NCBI GenBank assembly: GCA_028023455.1
Contig: JAQFVV010000009.1
Coordinates: 7,564,001 to 7,628,000 of the forward strand
Source: Epiperipatus broadwayi
Lineage: Eukaryota > Animalia > Onychophora
Direction of reading: 5' to 3'
DNA: 64,000 bases
Shown here: positions 35,000 to 48,246 of the stretch, piece after piece
How positions within the stretch are numbered: the first letter of the stretch is position 1
How the letters are laid out: the number at the start of each line of letters is the position of its first letter
The notes under the pieces: model-generated
Seen by the model: the letters and a program-made list of their open reading frames with translations, nothing else
What the model was told of the DNA's origin: nothing
The model's database searches: none
Position numbers and translations under genes: made by a program

Positions 35000-37900
35000 T
35001 TTTATACACATGTTCATGTACATAAGTAAAATAAAACATACATAACCCCACCTATAATTATTGCCACCTTATTCCACAAAGCCTTCACTTTAAATATAAT
35101 TTATGTGTACCTCTACTGAAATGAATTACTAATTCAACAGATAATCTAACAGATTAACATCACAATTGCTTCCAACCCTTATCCAATGATTTTCCTCAGG
35201 GACTTTAACACCTCCTACCAGGAATTTACAGCCAAATATATACATCGTCTTAATACTAGATTCATCAGTGGAGAGGGCTTCTTCTCTTCGAATACCTTTT
35301 CCTTCTATACAAGAAGGTATACCTCTCTCATAGACCTAATCTACTATACTCCTGATCTACACTTTCTGATCAACCCCTCCCTCCAACCTATAGCCTTTTT
35401 CGACCACTTGGCATTATCCATTAAACTATCTTTAAATCTTGAGTCATCCAATATTCCAGGTCTGAACACAACCACAAGAATCCTTCTCAAGTCCACATCA
35501 CCTGAAGCCATCATTTCTGAGGCATACATATATTTTCACAAAATTCATATCCTGTCTTTGCCACTGGTTGATGCCTGGTTTACCTTCATCCACATTTTAA
35601 TGTCATTAATCTCAAACTATACATTACATAATAAAGGGCCATCTTCACTCCTGATGGAACTTGAATCATTCAACAACACCCTTAAAAATCTTACCCTTGA
35701 TACAATTCCTATAGAATCCATCATCAACCTGAAATCCCAATACACTTTTTGATTTTGGCAGAGTAGCTCTCTATCAAAAAGTCAAAATTTTATTGAACCA
35801 GACCCACAATTGGTCTAGGGGCTACATTAGGTGGGCTCTGGTCCATAGAGACAAGAAACCCACTCCTTCATCTATTACAGTTGGAAATAACCTTTACTCA
35901 GGATCTAACATGCTTCTAAAAAATTTTTGTTCTTCAGGGAAAAGTTTTCCACTCATGCACCTGACTCTAAACAGGACTCAATTTGGGATTCCTCACTCTC
36001 TGACCATGGCATCTTGGAGGGAGATGTTCTGACTAAGTTAACCTCAATACCTGAAAGGACCCATCCGGGGCTCCATGCAATTCCCCATTTCCTTCTGCTA
36101 CACCTGTCTAAATTCTCAGTTCCAATCATATACAACTTGGTTAATCACCTTTCTTCTGGTGTCCATGAAATCAATGGTCGTCATCTCATAGCAATAGTGC
36201 CATTTCTAAAGTGCAACATAATTCCTTCCCCACTGGAAAACCTGCGGCCCATCTCTATGACTCCACTAATGATCAAGGTCATTGAATCTATCATCAAGGA
36301 CAAAATTCAAAACAAGATTCTTCCCCTTATTTTACAATTTACAAAAAAGGGCAGCTCAACCACAAATGCTATCAATCTTTTTAAAATCATTACTGACCAC
36401 ATCAGATCCCCTAGGCAATCTCGACATTGCAGCTGCCTTTGCTTCTATTCAACTCAATACCCTTTTAAACATACTTGGTGAGCATGACATTTCTACCGGA
36501 ATCATAAATATCATTAGAAACCTCCTCTACAATCATGAATTGAGCATCTCACTTAATGGGAAGCTTTCTCCCCCATTCTACACTACATCCTCCATTCCAC
36601 AAGGCTCTCCTCTGAGCGCCCTGTTTTTCATACCTCAACCCTCTGCTTCTTCAAATTGAGAGATCTCTTTCTGGCATTCATATCCCAATTTTAAATACAT
36701 CAATTCATCACATCACCTATATGGATGACTTGGCCATTTTCCTTCCATCAAAAAAATTAATTACAAGACTCTTATCAATACTTAAAGAATTCTCCGATCA
36801 ATCCGGCCTCCAATTTAATATGGCTAAGTCATCTGCCTAGTATATATATTCGGATAAGATCATTCCAGGACCATTTGCAGTGAAGCCTCAGAACTTCTTG
36901 GTCTTCTCTATATTTGAATCCATGTCTGCCATGAGGAGATCTATCCAAGGAAAGCTACTTCAATCCACACAGAGAATCACATCCTCTCTATCCAAAGTTT
37001 ACATGTCCATGTTTGCCAAGTCCTCCCTCATCAACATACTAATATTCCCTAGAATATCCTATTTCACCCCAGTAGTCAATTTTACCAAAGTCTTCATCAG
37101 GAAAATACACAAAATGTGCACTGATCTGATTAGAGGGGGGAAAAGTGCAACCATAAGCTTGAGAAATCTACAGAAACACACAAAACTCAATGGATTATCC
37201 CTACATTCCATAGTTACTTTTATATTTCAATGTTCCTACAATTCTTTCTGCAGAATGTGTCTGCAGTATCCTAACTACTCACATTCCAGAGAGGTCACTC
37301 CCACAGATAAGCTGCTCCTTATTGGTACTGACTGGCTGCATGTCTTATCTCCAAACATACTATGCTTATAAAATCTTTTTCAATGAAAATCAAGTTCTGG
37401 TACACATACTACATTCTCAATCCTGATGTTTCTGCAGGATCAACTATCCTCAGGCTTAACAACCATCTGCTAATCAAGAAATTTAAACGATGGTTCCTTG
37501 AACCCAAATATTTTGATTTCCTGATGAAGATAAATATTAATAACTTGCCTAATAAACACTTTCTGGTGCATCACTGAGGATTCTCAAACATAAAGTCCAC
37601 TTGCTCACTATGCCTCAGAGAGGATGAAACTTGTCTTCACCTCCTCTGCCACTGTGTTTCCCTTCACCCCTACAGAGTCCTTATAGCCTCCATGTTGAAT
37701 AACAATATGCCTGCCCTGTTGACTCTCATTGACAATATACTATGTAAATCCATCCCGGAGATATGAATAACAACATTTGTACTGTTCTCACTATCGTACA
37801 CACGGTTGCTGGCTCACCTTTAATCATGCACTAGAACGTACGCCCGAGCTCTATATTAAAAAAAATGAAAAAAAATTCAAAAAAGGGACCAGAATTTGGC

Positions 37901-38340
37901 CCCCTCTTACATCTATGACTCTACATGGAGGTTATTGATCTGGCCCCCAAAGCTGGTCCCTTTCATTCCTGAATAGAAATCTCCTTCCCTGGAGAGTAAT
38001 TTGAGGCTGAATGGTCTGCATCCCTTTGTGATAACTCACTTTTCTCTGCATGATTATTGCCCAGATCCTGAGTTATTATGGAAGTAACCTATGAAGGGTT
38101 GACTTGGTCATGTGGAGCATGGACAAAGGATTAAACCTATTACTGAACAATATGAGACATGCAAGTGTGGTCATCTATATCAACAAGATACTATTCCGGA
38201 CTTGTTCCTTGCTGATATGCTTCATATTAGTCCTTTTGGTTAGTGTCAAACAAGATATCAATATTGAGCTTTCATCCCCCTGATTATCATGTAATGTATC
38301 CTATGTTTAAATATTATCATATATTGTAACCAAATTTCTG
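35000..38340 (+). mobile_element. Near full-length ORF2 of a decayed L1/Tx1-like LINE (APE, RT with YMDD, zinc finger)
   Basis: APE: IFLRDFN, SLIDLIYY, FDHLAL. RT: ENLRPIS, DIAAAF, SIPQGSPLS, ITYMDDLAIF (36718-36729). Then NGLSL and C..C...E..LHLLCHC at about 37600-37650. Confidence 0.9.
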
Positions 38341-39139
38341 GATAAAATTCTATATTTTATAAAAAAAAAAACCCCATACATTTTAACCTAACCTTTATAA
38401 AAAAATCATTTCCCTTTTTATTACTTTTATTTTATATTACTTTATTTTACTTTTAAAAATTATTTACTATAATTTTAATTCTAAAAAAACTTTAACTTTT
38501 TATTCTACTATTTAATATATATTATTGTGTTTTTACGCATATTTTTAATCCATTTCTAACCTTTTTTAATTCTTATTAAATATTTTATAATTAACTATTA
38601 ACTTTTTCCACATTACAAATTACTTTTTTTACATTACAAAAATTACTCAATTCTTTACAATCCTATTTCCAAAATCCAACTGACAAAATTTTCAAAATTT
38701 TTATACTTGTTTAATATCTCCCTTTATCTTTTTCTTCAACTTTATTCTTTTAACCTCTTCCATATTCAAACTATTATTAATAATAATTATTTATAAAATT
38801 ATTGTCCTAACTCCAAAATCCCTATTAAGATCTTGTTTTATATTTTTAATCAATATTGCCTCTTTAATTTTCCTATCCCTTCTATTATTTGTATAATTAA
38901 TTATTTTTATACCATCTTTCTCAAATCTGTGCCCTGTTTCTAATGAATGCAAATAAATAGGTGATCTCTTATTAGAATTAATAAAAAGTTTAATAATGCG
39001 ATAAAATTTAAAATAGTAAATAAAAGAAGAATATACTTAATATATTAGAAAAGTAGAAAAATGTATAAATGGAGTATATAAAATTGAATGCAAGTCATGT
39101 AGAAGTAAAAATATAAAACTCATTTATGTAGATGAAACA

Positions 39140-39205
39140 AAGAATTCAATTTATACTTGATTAAATCAACATAAGAATTCAATTTATACATGATTAAATC
39201 AACAT
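39140..39205. repeat. 33-bp tandem duplication
   Basis: AAGAATTCAATTTATAC(T/A)TGATTAAATCAACAT twice, 1 mismatch. Confidence 0.9.
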
Positions 39206-39214
39206 AAATATAAT

Positions 39215-40450
39215 AATATTTCATTGATAAAAATGTTAGAAAATGCATCAATATTTTGATATTCAAGAAAGATAAAAAAAGAAGATATTAGAAACTGCAG
39301 GCCTATCATTACATACAAGATCTTTATTATGAATGTTACAACTTACCTACAAAGAACTGAATTCAAATAACAAGCTTTATTAAAAATTGTTATAATACAA
39401 TAGATCACATCTAAGTATTAAGGTTGTAGAAAGAACTAATGAGGCTGTGTTGCCATTTGATTAATCTTATAGATGATGCAAAAACATTGCATGCTTTGAT
39501 TAAAGTTTTGGAACATTAAGACATAGACTAAGAATATTACTAGATTCTGAAGAATATTTATAAAGATGCAACTGTAATGATTAGATTGCATAATAATAAC
39601 CAAGAAGATTAACATTGATAAATATATATATAGAATATACTAATTTTATATCTAAAACATTTTTCATCAGTTTTATCAGAAACATTTTCTAAATTAAAAT
39701 GGAAACTTAGAGAATAAAAATAAAAGGTTTTTCCAGATAGTGTTGTATTTGCAAATAATTTTTCAGAATATCATTAAATGTTATAACTATCAGATAAATG
39801 CAAGAAAGTAAGAGTAAAAATAAATGCTAAAATGATTAATGTTCAATGGCTTTTAAAAAAGATGAAAATAATAACTAATAATGACTGATATTTATTAATA
39901 AGAAGTTAACAATTACGAATAGCTTGTTCAGATTAATATAGATAAACTAAACTTTAATGTTTTGATAAAGAGTTTAATGTTGTTTGTTTTTTTTTTAAAA
40001 AAAAAAATACTACATATTTGGAAAGGAATTTTTTAATTTTTTGCTTTTGGATCGTAGACTTGGATATTTAATAGAAGAACAATATAGAGATATAGACCAT
40101 GCAGAAAAATATGAAAAATCTGGGTTTAATAGAAATTATCAAAATTTAAATATATAGTTGAAAAAACAACAGATATCATTGATATTACTGAAAGTCTCTA
40201 AGAGGTTAAAATGAAGCTAGATTGAAGATATTGATTTCTAGAAGAGGTGTCAATAGATGGAAAGTTGGAGTTTTAAGAATATCTAAAAGATAGAAAAAGA
40301 GCTCATATGAAAGGGATGATGAGATAAGGAAGTTTATGAAAATGATATGGAAAAGAGAAGCTATGGATCAGAGAAACCTGATTAAATATGAAGAGGTTTC
40401 TTCTTGCAGAGGATCAATAATAGTTGAAAATAATAATAATGATGATAATT
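39215..40450 (+). mobile_element. 5'-truncated, heavily decayed RTE LINE
   Basis: EDIRNCRPI-like motif at about 39285. Colinear with the other RTE copies and ends in the GCAGAGGAT...ATAATAATGATGAT tail. Confidence 0.8.
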
Positions 40451-43083
40451 TATACAATTGTTTTTAAATAAATTTATAAAAAATTGATTGAATCTGCCAT
40501 TGTTTATTAGATTTAATTACTTAGTTTTTGTAAAAAAATTCTATCTGGTTTTATTTAATCATGGTTTGAGTTTTTTTTTTTTTTTAAAACATGTTTATGT
40601 CTTTGCAAAAGAAAAACCAATGAATGATTTTTCTGATACTGAAAATGTTTGTCTTTAAAAATTACTTGGAACAACAATTAATATATTTATAACATTTTCA
40701 GAGCACTATATATATATATGTGTGTGGGTGTGTGTGTGTGTAATAAAGTTGGTTAATCAAATTTCACACAAGCATATAAATAAATTAATTATTTATCCAC
40801 ATCATTGCATTGAAAAATCCAAAAAAATTTCCTCCTGTGCATCAGTATGGCGACTTAATATTCAAATTAGAAAATATAACATGAATTAAAAAGTATGATT
40901 CTTTTCAAGTTTTGAAAAAAAAAACTTGAAAAATGTATACTTATAAATAGATCTACAATGTTATCCTATGAAGATAATTACCAAACATATCGTTGTTTTA
41001 ATATTTTCATGATATTCAATTCCTATTGTATTATTTATAAGTTATAATATGTATAATTTTGATTTTTTTCATTCTTAAATAGAATCATGCTTTGCAATTT
41101 GAATATTATGTGTCACGAAGTTATCACCAGGGGTATCTGAAACGGTTCCAATTTTGAGATAAAATGCATATAATGACATATTTGTTGATTTTTCATAATA
41201 TAGTAATACAATTAACTAGTTATTATAAAATATTATTAGTCATAAAACATTAATATTACATTGGAATAGTGTTATGCAATTGAAAATATTAATTATAGCC
41301 AAATAAATAAATATCAGAAATTTTGAAAAGCCAATTTTTTATTTTTATTTAAGAAATTCAATTGACAATTTTTGAAAAATAGTATAGTTGGTGAAATTCA
41401 TATAAATAGCTTTTAGTCTTGTGTTTAGTATATTTAATTTATAATTTATTGATTGATTTTATAGCTGCGTGCTCTGTGTGAAAGCCAACACTATACTTGC
41501 GTACAAATGGTTTCGCATATATCTGTCCATAACTTTTTTTACTAAAAATACAAAGATTATTTTACTAGCAATATGTCATTCTATATTTCTATATTTTAGA
41601 GATATATTTTTGTAAGCATAAGTAACCAAAAGATGCAAAGATGATCATGGCAAGAAGGTTTGCAGACTATTTTCTGGCTATTGATTTTTCATCATTGAGA
41701 AATATTATTTTATGCATATTAAACAAGTCACATTCATTTCTATTTTATTATTCGAGTTAATAACTTTGGAAGTTTTAATTCCCTAAAATTTTGAATCCAA
41801 ACTAATCTGTTGGTTCAGCTACATTGATGTGATACTAGATCAGCAATTGTAAGCACATGCAGTTTTAGTCCTTCTCAGTGATGACGGCCAGCCCAAAAAC
41901 TAGTCTGGTGATTTGCTTAACCCTACAACCTAGTGTTCTTTTAATATTCTTGCTTATATAGATTGCTGTAGAGAAGAAATATGTAGAATGGATGGGTGTT
42001 GTTAATTTAGATGTTGTTTTTTATATTTGCATTGTAGCACTCAACTTGAAAAATTATCTAGATAAAATTTTCTTATTAAAGTTCATCTATAATAAAAAAA
42101 AAAAAAAAAGCAAAATGTTAGGTGTAGTGCTTATTATTAATGACATGTTTTTTTATGCTTTTTATAAGCTTAAATGGCTTGCTGGTCGAACATCCATTGC
42201 TTATATAAATATTAAATCAAAAATTTTTTTAAAAAAAAAATATCACGTTGATTTATAAAATAAAGATCACATTTCTTATTGCCTTATTGTTAATTGTTTT
42301 ATAAAGATCAATTTAGTTATTTTTTAATGAATTTTGTAATGATCAAAATAGTTTAGTTTTCCATTACTTACAATAGTTTTATAAAAACAATGATATATGC
42401 TTCAAAAGATTAAAAAGTTAAAAAATAACAGAATTGCTTAGTCATTTAATTTGTTTACAAAATCTTTTTCAAAAATATATAACAATATTAGCAACAAAAC
42501 ACACAACGTGCATGATGAAATGGTGCATATATTTTAGACTTGCCAGGATTAGTTCTTTAAAACTATTTTCTGAGTTGATATAAGCACAAAATTAAAAGCT
42601 AAGACATTTCCACTGTGCCAAAAGTATATTTGCCTTAGGGTGATCAGATGTCCCAAATTTTCAGGATTTGTCCCTATTTTTGGTTAATGTCTCAGTATTC
42701 CTGAAATGTCTTTTTGGGACTGTTGTATGTTCCGATTTTCAAATACTCATAATTATTATTTGTTGTATATAAATAATTTATTGCAAAAATGATAGTTTCT
42801 TGACCATCTCTGTCCATTTCAGTCTCTACAATTATATTATAAAAATTTCAGGAAAAATCCACCACACTAAAACAAAGATTGCTATTATATTGTATGGCCA
42901 GGTTCTCTGGCTAGATGCACTCTTGCATCCAGCCTCACCCTGGAGCATGCAGAGTTGGATTTTTGTAGGCTAAAATTTGAACTGTGCTTGCACCTGCTTT
43001 AACTTTGCTAGTTCTTTGTTGATATTAATTTTCTGCAGTGATAAAATTAATAGAAATATTAATAATCCTAAACAATAGACAAC

Positions 43084-45787
43084 ATGCCAAAGAGGTAAGT
43101 GTTCTTACAATGATAAATATACACAGGAATGAAATTTTATAAAAAAAAATACACAATGACTATGAAGCAAAATAGGAATTGTGTAATGTTTATATTAATG
43201 TTTCACATAGTGGCAAATCTAAAATAAAAACTCATATAAACAGCCAGAAACACAAAATATATTTCTCAGGGGCATCAACTTTGAAAAAATTAGATTGTTT
43301 CATATACAAACAGATAGCACAGAAGGAGACAGCACTACAGCAAGTGAGTTACCATCAGAATATTATACTGTTTGGCACCATTAGTCATTTTGTTCACTGG
43401 ACTGTGTTAATAATTTATTTAGTTCCTGACCTGAAGATTGTGCAAAAATTTTTATGTGAACAAACTAAAAGTACCATATTAATTATGCAAGTATTGGGAC
43501 AGCACTGCAAACAGCAACTTAAAAGTGATTTAAACAATACTAAGTTCTTCAGTATATCCATAGATGCAAGTAATCATAATGCAACTAAAATGTTCCACTT
43601 GATTGGACGGTATTATTCTAAAGAAAACGGAATTCAAGTAAAATTACTTAAAATTTATAACTAATCAAATGAAACGTCAGATTCTATTTATAATTTAATA
43701 GCAAGTAGTTTCAAAGAATTTAATATTGATTCCAGAAAATGTATTGCTTGTGGAGCTAATAAGACTAACGCAAATTTCAGTGGATGGAATAGAAAAGGAA
43801 AAAAAAATGTATTTTTTAAATTGTAAAAATATCAACAAAAATTTAATGGATGTGAGTTATACTTCTCACATTTAGTATAATGCTGTGCAATCTGGTACTA
43901 ATGGCTACCATGTAATATTGAAGTCACTGCAGTAAAAAAATTTTCCTATTTTTCTGTATATGACTCCATATCTCCAAAACTTTTTATAGCAGTGCTGCAA
44001 GAAGTATTTTGTAGATTAAAATGGGAAGCTAAAGGAGTGAAAGTAAATGAATATTATTTAAGTCATTTAGATTTTGCAGAGGATGTAGTTGTTTTTGCAA
44101 ATAATACTTTAGAGCTGCAGGAAATGTTGCAGGAGTTATCAGATGAAAGTAGGAAAATAGGACTAAAGATAAATGTTAAAAAGATTAAAGTAATGTTTAA
44201 TGGATTTTCTCAAAATATGAAAATAAAAATTGATTGTGATGAGTTAGAAGAAGTTAACAATTACAAACACCTTGGTCAGATTATTAATTCAGATGGAAAC
44301 ATAATGGATGAAATTAATCATATAATTAAACTTGGTTGGAGTTCTTTTGGTAAAAATAACTTGATACTAAAAGGAAATATGCATATGTGTTTGAAAATGA
44401 AGATTTTCTATAAATGTGTTTTACCAGTTCTTACATATGTATCAGAGACTTGGATATTTAATAGAAGAGCAATACAGAGACTTCAGACCACTCAAAGAAG
44501 TATAGAGAGATGGATGTTGGGAGTAACAAGAAGAGATCAAAAACACAATATATGGGTAAGAGAACAAACAGGTGTTACTGACTTCATTGAAAAAATTAAG
44601 AGACTGAAATGGAGTTGGGCTGGACATATTGCTAGAAGAGATGATAATAGATGGACAATTGAAATCTTAAACTGGACTTCAAGAGATTGTAAAAGATCCA
44701 GAAAAAGACCACATGAGATGGATGGATGAAATAAGAAAGTGTGCAGGAGTGATGTGGAGAAGAGAAGCTAAAGATCACAGAAGGTGGATTGAACTTGAAG
44801 AGACCATCCTGCAGTGGATTGATAATGGTTGATGATGACAGTCCAAACAGAAAACTTAAAAGAATTTTGCAATTTCATATATATAAAATATTCAATTCTA
44901 GTTCCACACTCTAAAACTAGCTGGTTAAGTTTGTGTAAATTGATTCAAAAAATCATTGAATTGCACATGGACTGAAATCTTATTTTTTATCTGAAGAGAA
45001 GTCATTATAATTTACTATGATTTTTTAAAAATCCGACAAATGAATGTTATCTTTTATTGGTGCATAATTTTTTGTCTATTTTTAATAAACAAATTCTTAA
45101 AATTGAAAAGAATAATATAACCATAATAGAAGTAATAAAAATATATTCAGATGATGAAAGCACAATTTGAAAATAAAATTTATTCCACACTCTGTTGAAC
45201 AAATGTTTCTAAAAATTGATCTGTCAGAGACAGAAAAAAATTCCTTCAAAGAAGATACACAAGAGCTATATAAAACTTATTTAGCAAATTTGGGAAAAAC
45301 TACTTCAAATTTTAGCAAATTTACATCTTTTAGCTGGATAGATTTAAAAGAAATGCCATGGAATGATGTACTTTGCACCAGTATTGGTTTAAATAAGATG
45401 GGTATACCTATCGATGATAATCTATTAATAGAATATTAATAGTATTAAAAAAATTTGTGTTAGAACAAATTCGAAAATTCATGCTGCAAATGTTGGTTGA
45501 AATTCTTTACATCTGTAAAATTTACTGAACAAGTATCAGAAATTGAAACAATATGCTAGTATTACTTTGCATTATCTGCTCATAACACAGATATGAAAAT
45601 ATTTTTTTCCTTAATAAGTAGTCAATGGACAAAAGAAAGAAATAGAATGGATTTGGAAACTCTAAATTGTACAACTTTTTGCAACTATAACATGAAAATG
45701 AGCTGTGTTGAATTTAATGACTACATTAGGGGCAATAAAAGCCTATTACAATCTGTAAGCAACAGCTTGAAATATAATAAAAAATAA
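43084..45787 (+). pseudogene. hAT transposase pseudogene, interrupted by an RTE
   Basis: MPKR.CSYNDKY start, zinc-finger-like CNVYINVSHSGKSKIKTHINSQKH, catalytic FSISIDASNH, ANKTNANFSG, and the C-terminal dimerisation-like FSLISSQWTKERNRMDLET. Confidence 0.85.
43962..44839 (+). mobile_element. 5'-truncated RTE LINE nested in the hAT transposase
   Basis: Begins at DSISPKLF. The 245-aa ORF 43992-44729 has HLDFAEDVVVF, YKHLGQ and LKWSWAGHIARR. GATGATGAC tail. The transposase resumes after the tail. Confidence 0.93.
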
Positions 45788-45799
45788 TATGTATTTTAA

Positions 45800-47720
45800 T
45801 AATCGAATTTTTTAAAAAATTTATTATTCGGTTTTCTTTTTTAAGCACATTGTTTTGTTATGTTATAATGTTATTGGTCCTATATATCGTTGGTTGTCTC
45901 ACATGCATGTAGAGAATATTGTGATCCTCAGGTAGAATCCTGATATTACCAGAATTTCTGATGCTGGGTTGTAAAAATGATTGGTCATCATGCCCCGATT
46001 TTGGATTGAACCGGTCTGTTCACCATAATTTGCACGCCAATACACATTCATTTCAATATATATATGTATTATTCATATTATTAAACAATAATTGTTATTT
46101 TAGTAGACGTTTTATTTGGACTGTGTTTTTTTTTTTGTAATTTTTAAGAATGCACTTATATTTCTAGTTTAAAAATATATATTTCCGTTAGAAAATATAT
46201 GAATGAAAAATATATTGATACCATCGTATAATTTATAAAAATAATAATCAATTAATAATTAAAGGTGATATCTTGCATAGTTTAGTACAGTAGTAGAGTG
46301 GCGAACTCTGGAACTCAAGATCAGTAGATTGCAGCTCCAACTTTGTAACTTCCAGTGCTCATCTTCTTATAAATTCCCGAACAATGAACCTTTTAATTTT
46401 TTAATGTTATTATCAATAGTGATTACATTATTTAAACGAAAGTAAATGATGCCTACGTTTCGAGAAATACTAAAACAAAAATGTTTTCGACAGTCTCACA
46501 ACAGCATTGTCTTCAAACTAGCTCTAACAAATTAAGATAAAAGTATCAGTAATTGTATATACGATCAATATTTCTCCACTTGAAGGCCATTTGAGGTTGC
46601 TAGGCAATAGAGTACATGATACATTTTATCATAGGTAATGAAAAGTTGCCATTGCTTGACAAACGAATTCTTATGTATATATCCCTGTTTATATATATAC
46701 TCTTACTAATTTAATGGTTAAAATACTTTTTGTGCCATTAAGGTTAGATCAATTTATGAATAGTATACCTGCGTTATTCTTTCTTTAAATCTAATGTGCG
46801 TTGTTATTGAATCTTTTGTTAAGCTTATCCGTGATCAGAATAGAAGAATAATATCAACATTTTACGGACTCATTCTTTTATATCATTTACACACATCAAT
46901 CATGCTTGTTCAATAAGGTTAAACCGCGGGAAATATGTGGGAAACGAGCACCAGGAGTAAGTGATCTTTACTTACATATTGTTTTTATACTTAGCTTATT
47001 AATATTCATATGACCAATCTAGATGATCCTAAGACTTTTACCTTCCCTTCCTTCCTGAACTAAGATTAATTAACCATTATAATTACAATGCAGATGAGGG
47101 GGGGGGGGGATAGCTACTATTATACTTTGGTTAGCTGAAAACTATTTAAACTACTTTAATGCTATAGAAATTGCAAATAGTTTTCTTAATTAAAGAATCA
47201 TTTTTATTTCTTCATGCAGTTTTTATTTTGAGTTATTAATTTAAAATTTCGCTTTTAAACTTTGATATGTTTTATAATGTTTTTAAATATGCAATAATTT
47301 CCACAATTATCTTTATTTAGGTCACTTTTTTTTTTTTTTTGCCTCATTACTTAATTATTGTTTTGAATGCAACCAGTATTATTATTTTGTTATTTATAGC
47401 AATACCAGTACAAGCTGAAAATATTTCACTTTTTGTTTTAAATAATGCATTTAAATAATTATATTACATGTAGATTCTTTGTTGCTTAAAACTATAAAAC
47501 CTACTTTTTTCTATAGTGGGTTTATGCGTACCACGATATTACAATTTTTTGACGTTTAAATTGAAATCTAGTTCTTTTTCTCAAGTATGGGGTGGTGGGA
47601 GAGGCGAATGCAAGTACATTTCTCGGTGTTGTTAATGTTTATTCAAATTTGTAAAATAATATAAAAATGTCAAAAAAATCAACTGGATCCCATTAACTTT
47701 CAGCTAAACAAAAACGCCCA
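45800..47720. promoter_or_regulatory. CpG-retaining island with a G12 tract, candidate promoter
   Basis: About 30 CpG counted by eye. G run at 47098-47109. Strong GTAAGT donors on both strands at about 46957-46972. Confidence 0.45.
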
Positions 47721-48216
47721 GCAGCAGAAGAAAAATTGAATATTAATGCTAAGGCTTTTTTTTTTTTTTTGTAAAAAGGCTATTTGCTGTTAATTAACTT
47801 CTCATTAACTGGGAAAAGTATGAGAGAGATAGTACTGCTTTGGCTAAATAACTAATTTAAATAAAAATTAAGAATTGAAGCTATTGATACCAGCACTATT
47901 TAAAGGATAAAGATGTTTGATGATGAAGAGAAGATGAATTCAAATTTATGAGGCAAAGGCTAAGCTAAAAAGAAGGAAGAATGCTGCATAATATATAGGT
48001 ACAAAAAAGAAAACTGTCTTGATATATTCAAATCAAATATCCATATTCGACTATGTATTAAAAATGAATGGAAATGAATCACATTTTGGATGATTAAAAA
48101 TAATGGCAAACACTGGAAGAAAAAATCTGAAGGCATAATAATATGTTTAATTGCCTATCATGCTATGATCTTTGTTTTATATTGTAGTTAATTGAACCTT
48201 GTATATCTCTCTTCAG

Positions 48217-48246
48217 GTAAAAGTTCCAAAAGTCAGCCCAGAATAG
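48217..48246 (+). CDS. Candidate 30-nt microexon (GKSSKSQPRI)
   Basis: Pyrimidine-rich CTCTCTTCAG acceptor, AG|GTAAGT donor and a frame-preserving length. No partner exon established. Confidence 0.3.
   Translation, partial: VKVPKVSPE

Larger units (their letters stand above)
42636..46027 (+). mobile_element. Complete hAT DNA transposon (decayed) with TIRs and an 8-bp TSD
   Basis: TIRs TAGGGTGATCAGA and TCTGTTCACCATA (11/13). Flanks ATTTGCCT and ATTTGCAC (6/8). Internal transposase. Confidence 0.88.

Noticed and set aside
46285-46345. tRNA-like segments here and at 62045-62100 (-)
   Set aside because: Only partial A/B-box resemblance and no cloverleaf. At best SINE-head remnants, too weak to call.
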